Assembly (NCBI GenBank): GCA_963823855.1
Contig: CAWGNA010000008.1
Coordinates: 466,444 to 530,443 of the forward strand
Length of the DNA stretch: 64,000 nt
Reading direction: 5' to 3'
DNA from: an uncultured Acidimicrobiaceae bacterium
GTDB taxonomy: Bacteria; Actinomycetota; Acidimicrobiia; Acidimicrobiales; Palsa-688
This document shows, piece by piece, positions 28,879-37,676 of this stretch. Made by a program: the position numbers and the translations under genes. The notes beneath the pieces were generated by a model, which saw only the letters and a list, made by a program, of their open reading frames with translations, was not told where the DNA came from and did no database searches. The stretch's first letter is position 1. Each line of letters opens with the position of its first letter.

Positions 28879-29656
28879 AGGGCCCTCTGCCGTAAATATT
28901 CCGTGAAGAAACTATCAACGATCCGTTCAACGGCTCCGCCGGCAGCTATCCCCCCTGAGAGAGCATAGAACGATCAGGCCGGGGCGCCCGGGATTGGTCT
29001 CGGCTAGCCCTTCGAGCTGCCCACGCGTTGAATGATCGGTCCCAGAAACGACCAACCCGAGACAGGCGCCGAGAATTGGCGAGGTGGCGCTCGGAGCACG
29101 CTCGCACACGGTGGCCACATTGGGGAGCCATACGATGCTTGGTGAAAGCTTGTCGCTCGACTCCATCAGAAGTGCCGAATTCTTACGCACAACGTGGGCG
29201 GGGAAACGTGCCGCGTGGCAAGTATGGCGGCGCCAACATGTCCGCGCCTGCGGGTTGAGACTTTCCCGGTGTCACAAGGGTTTCTCGTTGCGTTTTCAGC
29301 ACACTCGAGTCATCACAGCGCAACCGGAACCACAAAACGCAACGGGAAAGGCTCTATTTCCGGGCAATGTAACCACACCCGTGCCACCGAATAGCGGCTT
29401 GACCACTCCTTGTGCCGGCCCGGATGCTTCCAGTCGCCGATACGGGGGTCAGGGCGGAAAGACGACAGCGACAACGGCGCCTGTTCGCTCAGCGCACCAA
29501 CCGGAGCAACCGGAGCAACCACCATGAACACTCGTGTGGCCGGACGGCTCGTACGCGAGCTCGGGCGGGCGCCAGGGGAGCGGCCATGTCGGAATGGAGC
29601 TGGAACAGGCCATCAACCCGGCACGAAGCGGTAGCCGGCTCTCGGCTGGGTGATGA

Positions 29657-30307
29657 TCAAGGGCGGGCCCCGCCGCTTTCCAGCTTGGCCCGCAAGCGCC
29701 TGATGTAAACCCGCACGTACTCGGTCTCGGTGGCATAGCCCGGGCCCCACACCCGCCGCAATAGCTGAGCGTGGGTTAACAACTTGCCCCTGTTTATGGC
29801 GAGCTCCCGCAAGAGAGCGAACTCGGTCGGGGTCAGGTGGACTACTTCGCCGCCCCGGGTCACCAGGCTCATTTCCAGGTCGATCACGAGGTCACCGACT
29901 TCTATCTTGAGCGGTGAGGCCTCGACCGGTTCGATGGGACGGGTGCGGCGCAGCGTAGCTGCGATCCTGGCGAGGAGCTCTTCGATCCCGAACGGTTTGG
30001 TCATGTAGTCGTCAGCCCCGAAATTCAGAGCCGCTACCTTGTCCTGCTGGCCCCCACGGGCCGAGACGACGATGATGCCGACTGTCGAGCGCTCTCTCAT
30101 CTCCCGGCACAGCTCGAAGCCGTCTATTTCCGGCAGCATCAGGTCCAAAAGGACGATGTCAGGGCCTTCCGTCTCGAGCAGCTCCAGGGCGCGGCGGCCG
30201 TCGAGGGACACGCTGGTGTCAAACCCCCTGACCGCCAGGTTGCTGCGTACGAGGTCGACGATGTTGGGGTCGTCCTCGACCAGGAGCGCCTTAGTACGCC
30301 GGTCCAT
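29657..30307 (-). CDS. OmpR/PhoB-family response regulator (KdpE-like)
   Basis: Start trimmed to the ATG at 30307 (MDRRTKALLVEDDPNIV..). Receiver motifs DLMLPEIDG and VVSARGGQQDKVAALNFGADDYMTKPFGIEELLARI. Winged-helix C-terminus. The ATG overlaps the kinase TGA (ATGA). Confidence 0.9.
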   Translation of the reverse strand: MDRRTKALLVEDDPNIVDLVRSNLAVRGFDTSVSLDGRRALELLETEGPDIVLLDLMLPEIDGFELCREMRERSTVGIIVVSARGGQQDKVAALNFGADDYMTKPFGIEELLARIAATLRRTRPIEPVEASPLKIEVGDLVIDLEMSLVTRGGEVVHLTPTEFALLRELAINRGKLLTHAQLLRRVWGPGYATETEYVRVYIRRLRAKLESGGARP

Positions 30308-31434
30308 CACCCCTGCTCCGCCGGTCCTTCCGCCGACAGCTGGACGAGGAAGCAGGCGCCGACGCCTCGGTCGTCCTCGAGACTGATCAGCCCGAAGTGG
30401 GCCTGCACGATCCCACGTGCGATAGACAGTCCCAGCCCCGCCCCCGGGGAGGTGGTGTTGCCCCGCTCCCGGGGCTCGAAGATGTCGTCCCTCAGTTCGG
30501 CGGGGATGCCCACCCCGTCGTCGTAGACCCTGATGGCGACGCGGCCGGACGGCTCGAGCGAGACGTCCAGCGTCACGTGCACTCCCGGGGGGTTGTGGCG
30601 GAATGCGTTTTCGAGCAGGTTTACAAAGACCTGTTCCAGCCGGTCGTGGTCGGCCCACACTGGCCCGATGCCGGGGGGGCAGTTCACCGTGACGGCGGCG
30701 GCCCATTCGGGCGGCAAACAGGAAACGGCCGCCTCCAACACCAGCGCCAGGTCGCACCAGTCGTGCTCCAGACGCAAGAGCCCGGACTCGATGGCCGAAA
30801 AGTCCAGCAGGTCCCCGACCAGCCGGCCCATCCGCGCCGACTCGCTCGATATCCGGTTGAGGAACCGGTTCTTGGACTCGTCGTCCCAGGTCACATCCGA
30901 GGCGAGGAGGCTGCTGGCGTAGCCCCGAATGGCCGTTAGCGGTGTGCGCAACTCGTGGCTCAGCCGGGAGAAGAACTCCCGCTGCAGCTGGTGCGAACGG
31001 CGCAGGCCCTCGGCCTGTTGGCGGGCTTGCTCTGCTTCTTCACGCTCGAGTGCCAGGCGGAGCGAATTGGCCGCGTCGCCCAGCAACGCGACCGCGTCGT
31101 CCGGAGGGCCCGAAACGGCCCAACGGGCGACCAGCGCAGCCCTACCCGCGGGCACGTCGAACGACGTAGCGATCACCTGGCCCACCCGGCCCTCCTGGCC
31201 CAGCCCCTCGGGTTGAAGGCAAAGAGGGCCTTCGAGGTTGGCGAGGAACGCTCCCGATAGCGCCATGGCGGCGTCGGCGCCGTCAGTACCGCCGTCAGTA
31301 CCGGGGGGTTCGGGGTAGGCCCGGTTGTCGATGTCGACAGAAACAACGCAGCGGGCTGGCGCTGCCGGCGGTTTCACCCAGAGCTCGATCTGAGCGGCCC
31401 CCAACCCCCGCTGCAACGACTCCAGCGCCTGCAC
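30307..31434 (-). CDS. C-terminal part of the sensor histidine kinase: degenerate GAF, HisKA, HATPase_c (KdpD-like core); continuous with 31295..32836 after one indel
   Basis: H-box FFSRLSHELRTPLTAIRGYASSL, N-box VFVNLLENAFRH and G-boxes DDGVGIP / GAGLGLSIA. The frame is open upstream to ~31441 (GPVSRGLVQALESLQRGL) with no credible own start. Confidence 0.85.
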   Translation of the reverse strand: MQALESLQRGLGAAQIELWVKPPAAPARCVVSVDIDNRAYPEPPGTDGGTDGADAAMALSGAFLANLEGPLCLQPEGLGQEGRVGQVIATSFDVPAGRAALVARWAVSGPPDDAVALLGDAANSLRLALEREEAEQARQQAEGLRRSHQLQREFFSRLSHELRTPLTAIRGYASSLLASDVTWDDESKNRFLNRISSESARMGRLVGDLLDFSAIESGLLRLEHDWCDLALVLEAAVSCLPPEWAAAVTVNCPPGIGPVWADHDRLEQVFVNLLENAFRHNPPGVHVTLDVSLEPSGRVAIRVYDDGVGIPAELRDDIFEPRERGNTTSPGAGLGLSIARGIVQAHFGLISLEDDRGVGACFLVQLSAEGPAEQG

Positions 31435-32836
31435 CAGCCCCCGAGAAACGGGCCCGCAGCAGTGTTTCGAGTACTTCGCGGATCGTCTCGAGCACCCGGT
31501 TGCGCCCTGTCACCTCGCTGAACAGGCGATCGCGCTCGATGGCCCCGGCTGCGTAACCCGCATAGAGCGAAACAAGGTCCATCTGGTCACGGTGCGGGCG
31601 GCCAACTACGGGCTGGCACCCTGTCAACACCCCGATGAGCCCGGTGGGCCCGACCAGCGGCACCGACCAGGAGCTGCGTACGCCAGCCAACTTGCCGAGG
31701 ACCGAGAACCCGCCCCACGCGGAGCTCTTGTCGATGTCCTCGTCGATCACAACGTGACCGGTGCCAGCAGCTATGCCCATCGGGCCCCCGGCGCTGCCCA
31801 CGGGGACAGTGGCCAGGGCCTCCAGCAACGGACGAGGGAAGCCAGCCGCCGCGACGCAGCGCAAGCTCCTGTCCTCGAGCAGATGTATGCACAGCTGCTC
31901 GGTGCGCAGGGCCGCCCCCAGAGCCGAGATTATGAGCGGGAGGCTGGAGTTCGGTTTGGCAGAAGCGAGCTGGTCGACAAGGTTTTGCAAGCGGCTCAGC
32001 TGGTGCCTGGCGGTGGCCTCCGGCTCGTGGCCAGACATGATAGCGACGACGTCGTCTGGGTGGCTCTCAGAAGGCACCAGGTCGGCGACCACCTTGCCGT
32101 AGCGCAGCACGAGGATGCGGTCGGACAGGTTGAAGACCTGTTCGACGTCGTGAGAAACAAGGAGGATCGTCGTGCCTTCGGCTTTGACTTTTGCGATGAG
32201 GTCTTCGACTTGTCTGGTCTCGATGACGCCGAGGGAGGCCGTCGGTTCGTCCAGGACCAGCAGACGAGGGTCGCTCTGCATGGCCCTGGCGACGGCCACC
32301 AACTGCCTTTGCCCGGTGGACAACGCAGCAATTGTCGGGACATCGCTCACCTTGATCCCGTAGGAAGCGAGGATCCGACTAGTGGCGAGTTTCGCCTTGT
32401 CGTCTGATACCCACCAGCGGCCCACTTCCCGGCCGAGAAAGAGGTTGGCAGCGACATCGAGGTTGTCGCAGAAGGCACCGTCCTGCCATACAACCGACAG
32501 GCCGCTGCCGACTGCTCCGGCGTTGGAGCGGACCCGAGTGCCCGCGATCTTGACCTCTCCACTGTCAGGGACGAGGTCCCCAGCGATGCAGCGAACGATC
32601 GTCGACTTACCAGCCCCGTTGTCGCCGATCAGAGCCACGAGCTGGCCAGGCCAAACGTCGAAGTCGGCACCGTTCAGCACCGGCAAACGTCCGAAGGACA
32701 CCGAAAGGCGCCGCACAGTCAACAACGGCGGCGCGACGGGACCACCCGGTCCGGACAGCTGGAGGGTGGACGCAGCCATTACCTCCAGTGTGGTCCACGT
32801 CCGGGGCCTGTGAAGATCAAGCGCCTTGATCCACAA
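31295..32836 (-). CDS. N-terminal part of the same gene: complete ABC-transporter ATPase domain followed by a GAF domain
   Basis: Walker A GDNGAGKST, Q-loop VWQD, signature LSTGQRQ, Walker B LLVLDEPTASL, H-loop LVSHD. GAF-like region follows (LCIHLLEDRSLRCVAAAG...SSWSVPLVGPTGLIGVLTG). The last ~45 aa of the ORF are out-of-frame read-through after a G5/C5 run at ~31441. Start at 32836 (TTG) or 32779 (ATG). Confidence 0.8.
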   Translation of the reverse strand: MWIKALDLHRPRTWTTLEVMAASTLQLSGPGGPVAPPLLTVRRLSVSFGRLPVLNGADFDVWPGQLVALIGDNGAGKSTIVRCIAGDLVPDSGEVKIAGTRVRSNAGAVGSGLSVVWQDGAFCDNLDVAANLFLGREVGRWWVSDDKAKLATSRILASYGIKVSDVPTIAALSTGQRQLVAVARAMQSDPRLLVLDEPTASLGVIETRQVEDLIAKVKAEGTTILLVSHDVEQVFNLSDRILVLRYGKVVADLVPSESHPDDVVAIMSGHEPEATARHQLSRLQNLVDQLASAKPNSSLPLIISALGAALRTEQLCIHLLEDRSLRCVAAAGFPRPLLEALATVPVGSAGGPMGIAAGTGHVVIDEDIDKSSAWGGFSVLGKLAGVRSSWSVPLVGPTGLIGVLTGCQPVVGRPHRDQMDLVSLYAGYAAGAIERDRLFSEVTGRNRVLETIREVLETLLRARFSGAGAGAGVVAAGVGGRSDRALGETAGSASPLRCFCRHRQPGLPRTPRY

Positions 32837-32982
32837 GGGTCGCCTGCTGGCATTGACCGAGCGACGGAAAGTGAGGGAAAGGAGTTGCGAGCGGACAAGG
32901 CAGCAATGTCCGACTTGCTTCGCACAGTGGCTCGCCCTAGCTCATGCGCGCCCGACTTTAGGGCGCCCAGCGCACTACGCCG

Positions 32983-33657
32983 TCAGGTCTGCGGCTCGGC
33001 AGGTGCAAAGGGCGAGAACCGACCGGTCGCGCCGTCCAGGGACGCTTGGAGGCGCAACTGGAGAGCGGTTGTGGTCAGGTCGGAGCGCGTGCGCTCGAGC
33101 ACGGCCCGGAGCGCATCGGCGCTCCTGCGCAAACCTCCAGTGATGGCGTCAGGGAAATCGACGACCATGACCAGCTCATAGACGCCGTCCATCGCTTGGA
33201 AGAGCACCTCGGCGCCCTCTGAACCGCCCTCCCGCAACCGGTCCAGGACGTCACGGCGCAGCTCCGAGGCGGCCTCGCACAACCCGTTGAGCCAGGGCGC
33301 TAAGCCGATGGAGAGATCCTCCCAGGTCGGCAGGCGGCCTCCCTCCACCAGGGCACGGGTGAGGGCGGCCTCGCCGTACTCTTTTTCGGCGTCCTGAAGG
33401 AAGCCGGCGTAGCGAACGGACGGGTACGCGCCCAGCGCCTCCTGGGCTTCTCGCAGCGCGCGTTCGGACTCTGCAAGGAGCGCCTCCCAGCGCGAAGGCT
33501 CCCCCCTATGGACGGCTCGCACCGCGCTGCCCGCAGCCCTGATAGCCCGTCTACACCCCGAAAGAGCCACCTCGCGAGCAGACTGCATCGACTGCAGCTC
33601 AGACGACAGCTTCTCGATTGCACTAGCCGGCAGGCGGAGGGCCTCCCCAGCGGTCAC
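32983..33657 (-). CDS. Translin-family-like protein (GTG start proposed at 33657)
   Basis: AGFLQDAEKEYGEAALTRALVEG...WLNGLCEAASELRRDVLDRL...FPDAITGGLRRSADALRAVLERTRSDL resembles the bacterial translin family. The upstream part of ORF 32983..33825 overlaps the preceding gene and was trimmed. Confidence 0.55.
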   Translation of the reverse strand: MTAGEALRLPASAIEKLSSELQSMQSAREVALSGCRRAIRAAGSAVRAVHRGEPSRWEALLAESERALREAQEALGAYPSVRYAGFLQDAEKEYGEAALTRALVEGGRLPTWEDLSIGLAPWLNGLCEAASELRRDVLDRLREGGSEGAEVLFQAMDGVYELVMVVDFPDAITGGLRRSADALRAVLERTRSDLTTTALQLRLQASLDGATGRFSPFAPAEPQT

Positions 33658-33667
33658 GAACGGTGGC

Positions 33668-34345
33668 TCAATTGGCCCGTGAGACAGCCAGGCTCGCGTA
33701 ACTTTGGAAGTCCCCGTAGCTGGGTTGCTCCCAGCCGTCGCTGGTGTGCCCGTTGGTATGGCCGTTGGTGTGCCCGTTGGTGTGCGCGTTGGCCTCACCA
33801 TTGGCGTGACCATTGGCCGGCACATAACTGGCCGTGCTCATTTGGGTCGAAAGCGCGGCTGTGGGGACCCCGCTCCCGGCCTGCGCCCCGACGCTCGGCC
33901 GGGCACCGCTGCGCTGCACACTGGTCGTCCTTATGAGGACGAGTACGTACACGAATAGGACTATGTCGATGACAGCCTGCAGGCCAAACGCCAGAGCAGA
34001 ATGCGTCAACAACGCAACGAGAAGGCTGAGGAGGACCATGGCGAACAAAACCTCAATGACGTCACGGCGTCTGCGGCGCAGTTCCTCGCGCTTGTGGTTG
34101 CGAGCAGCCGCAGCCACCGAGACCGGGTCGCCGAATACGTCCTTCGGCGCCGGGCCCGCAAACGGCGGCGCACCCGGGCGGCGACGGTTTGCAGGAGCCA
34201 CAACTGGCGCCGGCATAGCGTGCTCCAATACGCGAAGCTCGCGGCGGAATGAACCAACCGTATCCCCCAGGGCAGGACGCTTCGACCAAAGCCAGTAGAT
34301 GAGCGCTACGCACCAAAGGCTCGCGATCAAAAGCTCTGGACCCAT
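33668..34345 (-). CDS. Membrane protein with a His/Asn/Gly/Thr-repeat tail
   Basis: 225-aa ORF with an N-terminal TM helix (LLIASLWCVALIYWLW), two central TM helices, and the C-terminal repeat NGHANGEANAHTNGHTNGHTNGHT, encoded by ~12-bp tandem repeats. Confidence 0.55.
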   Translation of the reverse strand: MGPELLIASLWCVALIYWLWSKRPALGDTVGSFRRELRVLEHAMPAPVVAPANRRRPGAPPFAGPAPKDVFGDPVSVAAAARNHKREELRRRRRDVIEVLFAMVLLSLLVALLTHSALAFGLQAVIDIVLFVYVLVLIRTTSVQRSGARPSVGAQAGSGVPTAALSTQMSTASYVPANGHANGEANAHTNGHTNGHTNGHTSDGWEQPSYGDFQSYASLAVSRAN

Positions 34346-34422
34346 CGACGCAACTCCTCGGCTTGTCGTGTTTCATGTGAGGGTAGCCGGCACAAACGCC
34401 GGAGAGGTGGATGGTCGTCCGT

Positions 34423-35004
34423 TTAGCTGAATGGACCCGGGCTTGCGCCGCCTATCAAGCCGTCTATTTCCTCTTCGATCGGTAAGACCCTACCCACTTC
34501 TGTCGTTGCAGCATTCAGAAGCGGCGCGCCCTCCCTCCGCCAATGCCCGGTCCGGCCGCCGGTCTTTTCCCAAAGGGCAAGATCCCCAATCACCATCGCG
34601 CGATCGAACGATTTGCACATGTCGTAGACGGTAAGAGCCGCTACAGCGCAAGCTGTAAGGGCCTCCATTTCTACACCGGTCCTGTCAACAGTCTCGACTT
34701 GTGTCTCGACCTCGACATAATCGTCGCCGATAGTGAAATTGATTGTGACGGCACCAACCAAAAGAGGATGGCAAAGTGGAATGAGCTGAGCCGCTTGCTT
34801 GGCGGCCTGTATCCCGGCAACTCGAGAAACAGCCAGCACGTCACCCTTGCTGATGGCGTTGCTGGCTACCTTCGAAGTTGTCTCGGGCTGCATATGTACT
34901 CGGCAGCGTGCCATTGCCCGTCGGTGTGTGGCCTCCTTGGGCGTGACGTCGACCATCCGCGCACGTCCCAGGGGGTCGGTGTGAGTCAGGCCGCGTTCAG
35001 ACAC
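34423..35004 (-). CDS. moaC: Cyclic pyranopterin monophosphate synthase MoaC
   Basis: 193-aa ORF with MVDVTPKEATHRRA, GDVLAVSRVAGIQAAKQAAQLIPLCHPL, GVEMEALTACAVAALTVYDMCK and a short C-terminal extension. Confidence 0.9.
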   Translation of the reverse strand: MSERGLTHTDPLGRARMVDVTPKEATHRRAMARCRVHMQPETTSKVASNAISKGDVLAVSRVAGIQAAKQAAQLIPLCHPLLVGAVTINFTIGDDYVEVETQVETVDRTGVEMEALTACAVAALTVYDMCKSFDRAMVIGDLALWEKTGGRTGHWRREGAPLLNAATTEVGRVLPIEEEIDGLIGGASPGPFS

Positions 35005-35074
35005 GAAGGCAAGTCTACGCCAAACGCTCTTCGGGGCACATTTGTAGCGCCACCGCAGCTCAGCGCGTGAGCCT

Positions 35075-36103
35075 TCAACCGCCGATCTGGCTCATGGTGC
35101 GGGCGGGGCGCACGAAGTTGACCCGGCCGATGGCATGGCCCGCCCACTTGCTCGCCACCTCTTCGACCATCGCAAGGGCAAGGTCGTCGTCAGTCCCCCC
35201 ACTGCGCAGGACCGCACGCAGGTCGCGCTCACGCACAGCGAACAAACAGCTCCTCAACGACCCCTCCGCTGTCAAACGGACCCGGTCGCAACTCGCGCAG
35301 AAAGGCCTCGTCACGCTGGCTATTACGCCCACGTGCCCGGCCCCGTCTAGGTACCGGTAACGGTCGGCGGGCTCGGGGCCGCGCCCTACACCCGAACTGT
35401 TGGCGGCCGCCCCGGCTGCTGCCGACGCGACAGCCGGTTCAAGGGGGTAGACCGCGTTTATGTGCGCGACGATCTCGCTCGCTGGCACTACCCGCTGGGC
35501 CGACCACTCCCCCGCGCCATCGAGCGGCATGAACTCGATGAAACGGACCTCGACGCCTCGTTCCCGGCCGAAGCAGGCCAGGTCGAGCACTTCGTCGTCG
35601 TTCAGATCCCGGACCAGCACGGTGTTGACCTTCACGGGGTGCAGGCCGGCGGCCAGTGCCGCGTCCAGGCCGTTGAGGACTTCTGCCAGCATGTCCCTGC
35701 CCGTAATGGCGGCGAAACGCTCAGGGCGCAACGAGTCGCACGAAATCGTGACCCGGTGCAAACCGGCCTGCTTCAACGGCACGGCCAGGCGGTCGAGGGT
35801 AGCGCCGTTGGTGGTCATCGACAGCTCTACTGGGAGCCGGGCCAGCCGGCTCACGAGCTCGGGCAGATGAGCTCTCACCGTCGGCTCGCCGCCAGTGATG
35901 CGGACCGAACTGATGCCAAAGCGGGAGACGAAGATCCTCGCGATCCGCTCGATCTCTTCGAAGGTCAGTACCTCGGACCTGGGCAGCCAACGGATGTCCT
36001 CCCTTGGCATGCAATAAGTGCAGCGGAAGTTGCAACGATCGGTAATAGAGAGGCGCAAGTCATGGACCTGCCGGCCGAAGCCGTCCATCAGCACATCAAC
36101 CAC
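35075..36103 (-). CDS. moaA: GTP 3',8-cyclase MoaA (radical SAM)
   Basis: 342-aa ORF with LRLSITDRCNFRCTYCMP radical-SAM cluster motif, ITGGEPT, and C-terminal CASCDRVRLTAEG. Confidence 0.9.
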   Translation of the reverse strand: MVDVLMDGFGRQVHDLRLSITDRCNFRCTYCMPREDIRWLPRSEVLTFEEIERIARIFVSRFGISSVRITGGEPTVRAHLPELVSRLARLPVELSMTTNGATLDRLAVPLKQAGLHRVTISCDSLRPERFAAITGRDMLAEVLNGLDAALAAGLHPVKVNTVLVRDLNDDEVLDLACFGRERGVEVRFIEFMPLDGAGEWSAQRVVPASEIVAHINAVYPLEPAVASAAAGAAANSSGVGRGPEPADRYRYLDGAGHVGVIASVTRPFCASCDRVRLTAEGSLRSCLFAVRERDLRAVLRSGGTDDDLALAMVEEVASKWAGHAIGRVNFVRPARTMSQIGG

Positions 36104-36108
36104 AGTGG

Positions 36109-37014
36109 TTACGAGGTTAGGTCGTTGCGGTAGCTAGGGTCCCCCCGTCCCAGACGTTGTACCAGGAAGTCGCGGAAAGCCGGGCCAATGTCCTCGCGTT
36201 CAAGCGCCAGCTCCACCGTGGCCTGCAAATAGTCAAGCTTGTTCCCTACATCGAAACGCCCATTGCGGAACGTCCAACCGTAAACGGGCTCCTGCTCAGC
36301 CAGGGTCTTGATGGCGTCGGTGAGCTGGATCTCCCCGCCTCGCCCGGGCTTGGTCTCCGCCAACACTTCGAATATCTTTGGACCGAATACGTACCGTCCC
36401 ATGACAGCCAGGTTGGAGGGCGCTTCCTCTGGGGAGGGCTTCTCGATGAGGTCTACCACTTGTACGACGTTGCCCTCGAGGGCGTTGACGGCAGCACAGC
36501 CGTAAGAAGAGATGTCTTGCGGCGGGACCTCCTTCAGCGCAATGACGCTGTGGCCATAGCGCTCGAACACGCCGAGCATCCCACCCAGGACGCCGGCGTC
36601 GGGGTGCATGATGTCGTCGCCCAGGAGGACAACGAAGGGCAGGTCGCCAACATGCTCGGACGCCACCAGCACGGCGTGGCCGAGGCCCCGTGGCTCGCCC
36701 TGGCGGACGTAGTGGATGTCGGCCATTTCCGCGATCCGGCGCATCTCTTCCAGCTCGGCCACCTTGCCGCCCTCTGCGAGGTAGTACTCGAGTTCGAACG
36801 AACGGTCGAAGTGGTCCTCGAGGCTACGTTTGCCGCGCCCGGTGATGACGAGTATGTCTGTGATACCAACCGACACAGCCTCCTCCACCACGTACTGGAT
36901 GGCCGGCTTGTCGACGAGTGGGAGCATCTCTTTTGGCTGTGCTTTACTCGCAGGAAGGAAGCGCGTGCCCAGGCCTGCGGCGGGGATGACTGCCTTGCGA
37001 ACGGGCTGTGTCAT
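36109..37014 (-). CDS. galU: UTP--glucose-1-phosphate uridylyltransferase
   Basis: 301-aa ORF with KAVIPAAGLGTRFLPASKAQPKEMLPLVDKPAIQYVVEEA and VLLGDD motifs. Confidence 0.9.
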   Translation of the reverse strand: MTQPVRKAVIPAAGLGTRFLPASKAQPKEMLPLVDKPAIQYVVEEAVSVGITDILVITGRGKRSLEDHFDRSFELEYYLAEGGKVAELEEMRRIAEMADIHYVRQGEPRGLGHAVLVASEHVGDLPFVVLLGDDIMHPDAGVLGGMLGVFERYGHSVIALKEVPPQDISSYGCAAVNALEGNVVQVVDLIEKPSPEEAPSNLAVMGRYVFGPKIFEVLAETKPGRGGEIQLTDAIKTLAEQEPVYGWTFRNGRFDVGNKLDYLQATVELALEREDIGPAFRDFLVQRLGRGDPSYRNDLTS

Positions 37015-37251
37015 GAGGGGGCCTCCCGTGGTCCATGTGGCTTACAAGGGCCGGTCGGGGGCCCAGAGATTTTGTTGCTCGGCACTGCGTGCACCTGTTC
37101 TACCATTGTGGGGGCCACTTTGGCCTGGGCGCCTTCGCCGGTGCGTTGACTTCGGCCCGTTTGCCGGCTCTGGCTGGTGCGCTCAACCTGGCCGGCCCGG
37201 GACGATGCCGCCGGACGCTGGCCGTCGCGACTCCCGGACTTCCCGCTACAA

Positions 37252-37278
37252 TTAGCACTGTCGCCTGAAGAGTGCTAA
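37252..37278 (+). promoter_or_regulatory. CIRCE element (HrcA operator)
   Basis: TTAGCACTG-N9-GAGTGCTAA against the consensus TTAGCACTC-N9-GAGTGCTAA (1 mismatch). It sits 21 nt upstream of the ATG at 37299. Confidence 0.8.
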
Positions 37279-37298
37279 GGAAAGGGCAAGCTTCATAA

Positions 37299-37676
37299 AT
37301 GCCAACCTACGAGTACACCTGCAAGGCCTGCGGCGAGCATCTCGAAGTGGTCCAGTCGTTCAAGGACAGCCCCTTGACTGAGTGCGCCGCGTGCGGGGGC
37401 CAGCTGCGCAAGGTGTTCGGCAACATCGGCATCACTTTCAAAGGCAGTGGCTTCTACAAGACCGACAGCCGCTCCGACGGCCGGCGGGCCAGCGCTAAGA
37501 GCACGGAAACCAAGTCCGGGGAGGCATCCGGTACCGGGACAGGCAAGAGCGCAGAAGCGACATCCGGCTCATCGAGCTCCTCTGGCTCCTCGACGACGAC
37601 ATCTGAGAGCTCTTCCAAGTCCGGTTCGGATACGGGGGGAAAGAAGAGCTCACCATCGGTAGCGGCTGCGTCTTAG
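37299..37676 (+). CDS. ruc: FmdB-family zinc-ribbon protein with a disordered Ser/Gly/Thr tail (Ruc/Rv0991c-like redox-regulated chaperone)
   Basis: MPTYEYTCKACGEHLEVVQSFKDSPLTECAACGGQLRKVFGNIGITFKGSGFYKTDSR has four Cys in a CxxC..CxxC layout, then a low-complexity tail. Next to galU, as in mycobacteria. Confidence 0.8.
   Translation: MPTYEYTCKACGEHLEVVQSFKDSPLTECAACGGQLRKVFGNIGITFKGSGFYKTDSRSDGRRASAKSTETKSGEASGTGTGKSAEATSGSSSSSGSSTTTSESSSKSGSDTGGKKSSPSVAAAS

Noticed and set aside
29657-30757. 366-aa version of the response-regulator ORF
   Set aside because: The first 150 codons overlap the kinase catalytic domain in another frame and are Arg/Pro/Gly nonsense. The receiver domain starts at the ATG at 30307, which overlaps the kinase stop.
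36157-37149. 330-aa plus-strand ORF
   Set aside because: It is antisense to galU, which has unmistakable family motifs. The plus-strand product has none.
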